64,000 nucleotides of DNA from Squalus acanthias. Lineage: Eukaryota. This document shows, piece after piece, positions 61,601-64,000 of this stretch (its first letter is position 1; the number at the start of each line of letters is the position of its first letter). The translations under genes and the position numbers were made by a program. The DNA is taken from the NCBI GenBank assembly GCA_030390025.1, contig CM059425.1:164116001-164180000 (forward strand), given 5' to 3'. Below the pieces are notes generated by a model, which worked only from the letters and a program-made list of their open reading frames with translations, had not been told where the DNA came from and searched no databases.

Positions 61601-61779
61601 TCTTCCCCACCACCCCCCTACGAATCCATGTGTTGTCAATCTAAGGCACAGGCATTGGAGCTGCAACATGTGCCCTTGCCTCACTCTATATCTTTTATTC
61701 TTTCCAATATATACCATTTAATATTTCTAGCTAGTTAGAGATGGCTCAGGTTCAAGTTAGTTATTGCTTTTTGGGGAAG

Positions 61780-62550
61780 ATAAAAGTTTTCCCAGGATTC
61801 AATTCTGGGCCACTTCTGTTCCCTGTGTGATTTGGATAAAGGCCTAGAGGGAGTGATGTCAAAATTTGCCGATGATACCAGGTGAAGTTAATTATTTAGA
61901 AGATGAAAGGAAGCTGAAAAGGAATATCAATAAGATGTTTAGTAAAAAAAAAGCAGTAATTATACTCTGAAAGGAAGTAGTAGATTCAGTGCTGTGGAAG
62001 GGCAGAGCGATTTGGGGGTAAAGGTTCACAAGACATTAAAGACAGCTCCTCAGGTTGATAAAGCTGTAAAAAAAGCTCCTTCTATTCGAGGTTTTATCAC
62101 AAGAGGTAGAGTATAAATGCCTAGAGGGAATAATAAGCCTTTCTAAAACCTTAGTAAGACCTCAGTTAGAGTACTGTATCCAATATTGGGCTCCACACCA
62201 TAGAAAGGATATTGGGGCTTACAGCTGGTACAAAGCAGGTTTATTAGAAAGCTGCTTGGTATGGGGAAATATAAATCTGAAGAAAGACTTGAAAAAATTG
62301 AGTCTTTTTTCGCTAGAACAATGCAGATTATGGGACAATATGATAGAAGTGTTTAAAATTATGTAAGAATGGGACAGAGCAAATAAAAAAAGTACTGTTT
62401 CCAATAGTTGAGAAATCAGGTAGATGAAGGAAAAAGGGGTTGAAGGAATATGATAGCATGGTGGGTAAATGGGATTCGAACTATTTGTGGAAGGTAAACA
62501 TAGGCCAAATGGCTTGATTCCATGTTGTAACTTCAATATATTTCTATGTA
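61780..62550 (+). mobile_element. Old CR1 RT/3' fragment
   Basis: Degenerate KFADDT and RPQLEYCIQYWAP motifs. Confidence 0.7.
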
Positions 62551-64000
62551 CTAGGAATAAGATGATCACCATACACCCGAATGATATTTATTACACGACT
62601 GCTTTATGATATCAATAGTCAGTTGTCTTTGCTCACTGACGTTGTATTATAATCTACCCAGTTACTCGACAGTTGTGTTTATTGACATTTACAGACTGAT
62701 CATTTCCTCCTCTCAAGATTAGATAGCAACATTTTATTTTCCTTCTCCAGGGAGATTTTTGTCAGTAACGTGCATACATTTTTTAATGCTGGCAGGTGTT
62801 CCTACTGTCTGTTATCTCTTCCAAGAATATATTAATATTTTGATCTGTATTCACACTTTCCATACATTGGTCCAGTTTTTGCAAATTTATTACATCGCAA
62901 CGGAATATACTGATGATGCAAGGTTAATTTTTCTGCACTACCTTTTAATGTGCACAAATTCTCATTGAGAAAGTAACAATGGAAAATAAGTCTCTAAAAT
63001 CTTTAATTCCTCGGCTAGAAATGAGGAAAATGGCAATAAAACACAAAGCAAAATGACACCATAAAAGGTAAATGGAGGGACTGTAGATTAGTTTTATTAG
63101 GCAGTGCTAATGTAAAGCAAACATTGCTTGTTACACAGAATTCTCTCACTACCCAATACTCTTCAGTTGTTTCCGGGCATTACCTTTGCCATCTTACCTG
63201 TTTGTGATGCATTTTCAATTTACTTTCCTTTCAAATAGAAAACTCACCCTATTAGTATCTAGCTGAAATGTATGCAAACATGCACTTACAGCAAAACATG
63301 CAATTGAGTATAAGTGCATTGTGTGGATTAGATTCATTTTTCGTACACTATGTGCAAACAGGAAGCAGTTGGAAGAGAAGCTTTAATCTTTTATCCTAGC
63401 AACCAATCTGCAATTGTTTACTGAGATCTTTGGCTCATTCAGCCAGGACAGTGGAAAGTGCATCAAAAGGGTATTAAAAAGACACTGGCAAACATCAGGA
63501 ATTAGATGATCAGGAGAGAAAAGCACTTCATGGTACACTGATAGCCAGTGGTTGAAGATCAACCTCAATGTAAACCATTAAACTGCAATATAAAGGCATT
63601 GTTCCCGTAGACATTAATATAATGAGGAAAAAAACAGACATGGCCACTGAGGATACAGAGCTCCTGACATCAACTATTGCCACCTGCAGGTTGCTGTTAA
63701 TAATTAGAAAGATTTATACTTTTCATAGGAACATAGGAATTGGTAGACGAAAAAAGGTCAAGGACCACCTAGTTCACCTTCTACTATCCTGGTAGTCGTA
63801 TGATACAACATAGCAATCAATCTCTATCAATTAGTCTACAACAGACTCAGACATGACACGAGGTAAACCCAAGTGGTGGAGAGCTTTTGGAACCATAGGT
63901 CAAAAGTCACCTATTTCTCCCAAGCATGCTACACTCACCATATGTTATGTCCCAAATTACTCATTACTGAATCCCCAAATGTTACTTTATGAAAGAAATC

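Noticed and set aside
26500..64000. Exons of a neighbouring host gene such as CAST
   Set aside because: No recognisable coding exon; small or non-coding exons cannot be excluded by eye.

Overview
This is vertebrate genomic DNA, most likely a shark/elasmobranch, judged from its DeuSINE/SacSINE1-like, HE1-like, CR1, Penelope and Harbinger repeats; the species cannot be determined. The only host gene is PCSK1 (prohormone convertase 1/3) on the minus strand. Coding exons 1-6 lie at 25664-25482, 12650-12546, 11497-11375, 10703-10557, 7142-7066 and 2665-2577, all with GT-AG boundaries, and the gene runs off the left edge. A perfect CRE sits about 220 bp upstream of the ATG. The rest is a deeply nested transposon landscape: (1) a whole PIF/Harbinger system, with a 6-kb two-gene element in intron 1, spliced Myb/SANT genes, and several MITE families with 12-bp TIRs and 3-bp TSDs; (2) two Neptune-type Penelope-like elements plus four hammerhead-ribozyme motifs, one of them a 120-bp ribozyme-only insert with a 13-bp TSD; (3) an RTE with a ~290-bp target duplication, a Vingi/Ingi-like remnant, a solo LTR, and many CR1 and SINE copies. 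Several junctions look like template switching or capture of foreign DNA. All calls come from reading the sequence by eye; no database search was run, and repeat family names are from recall.
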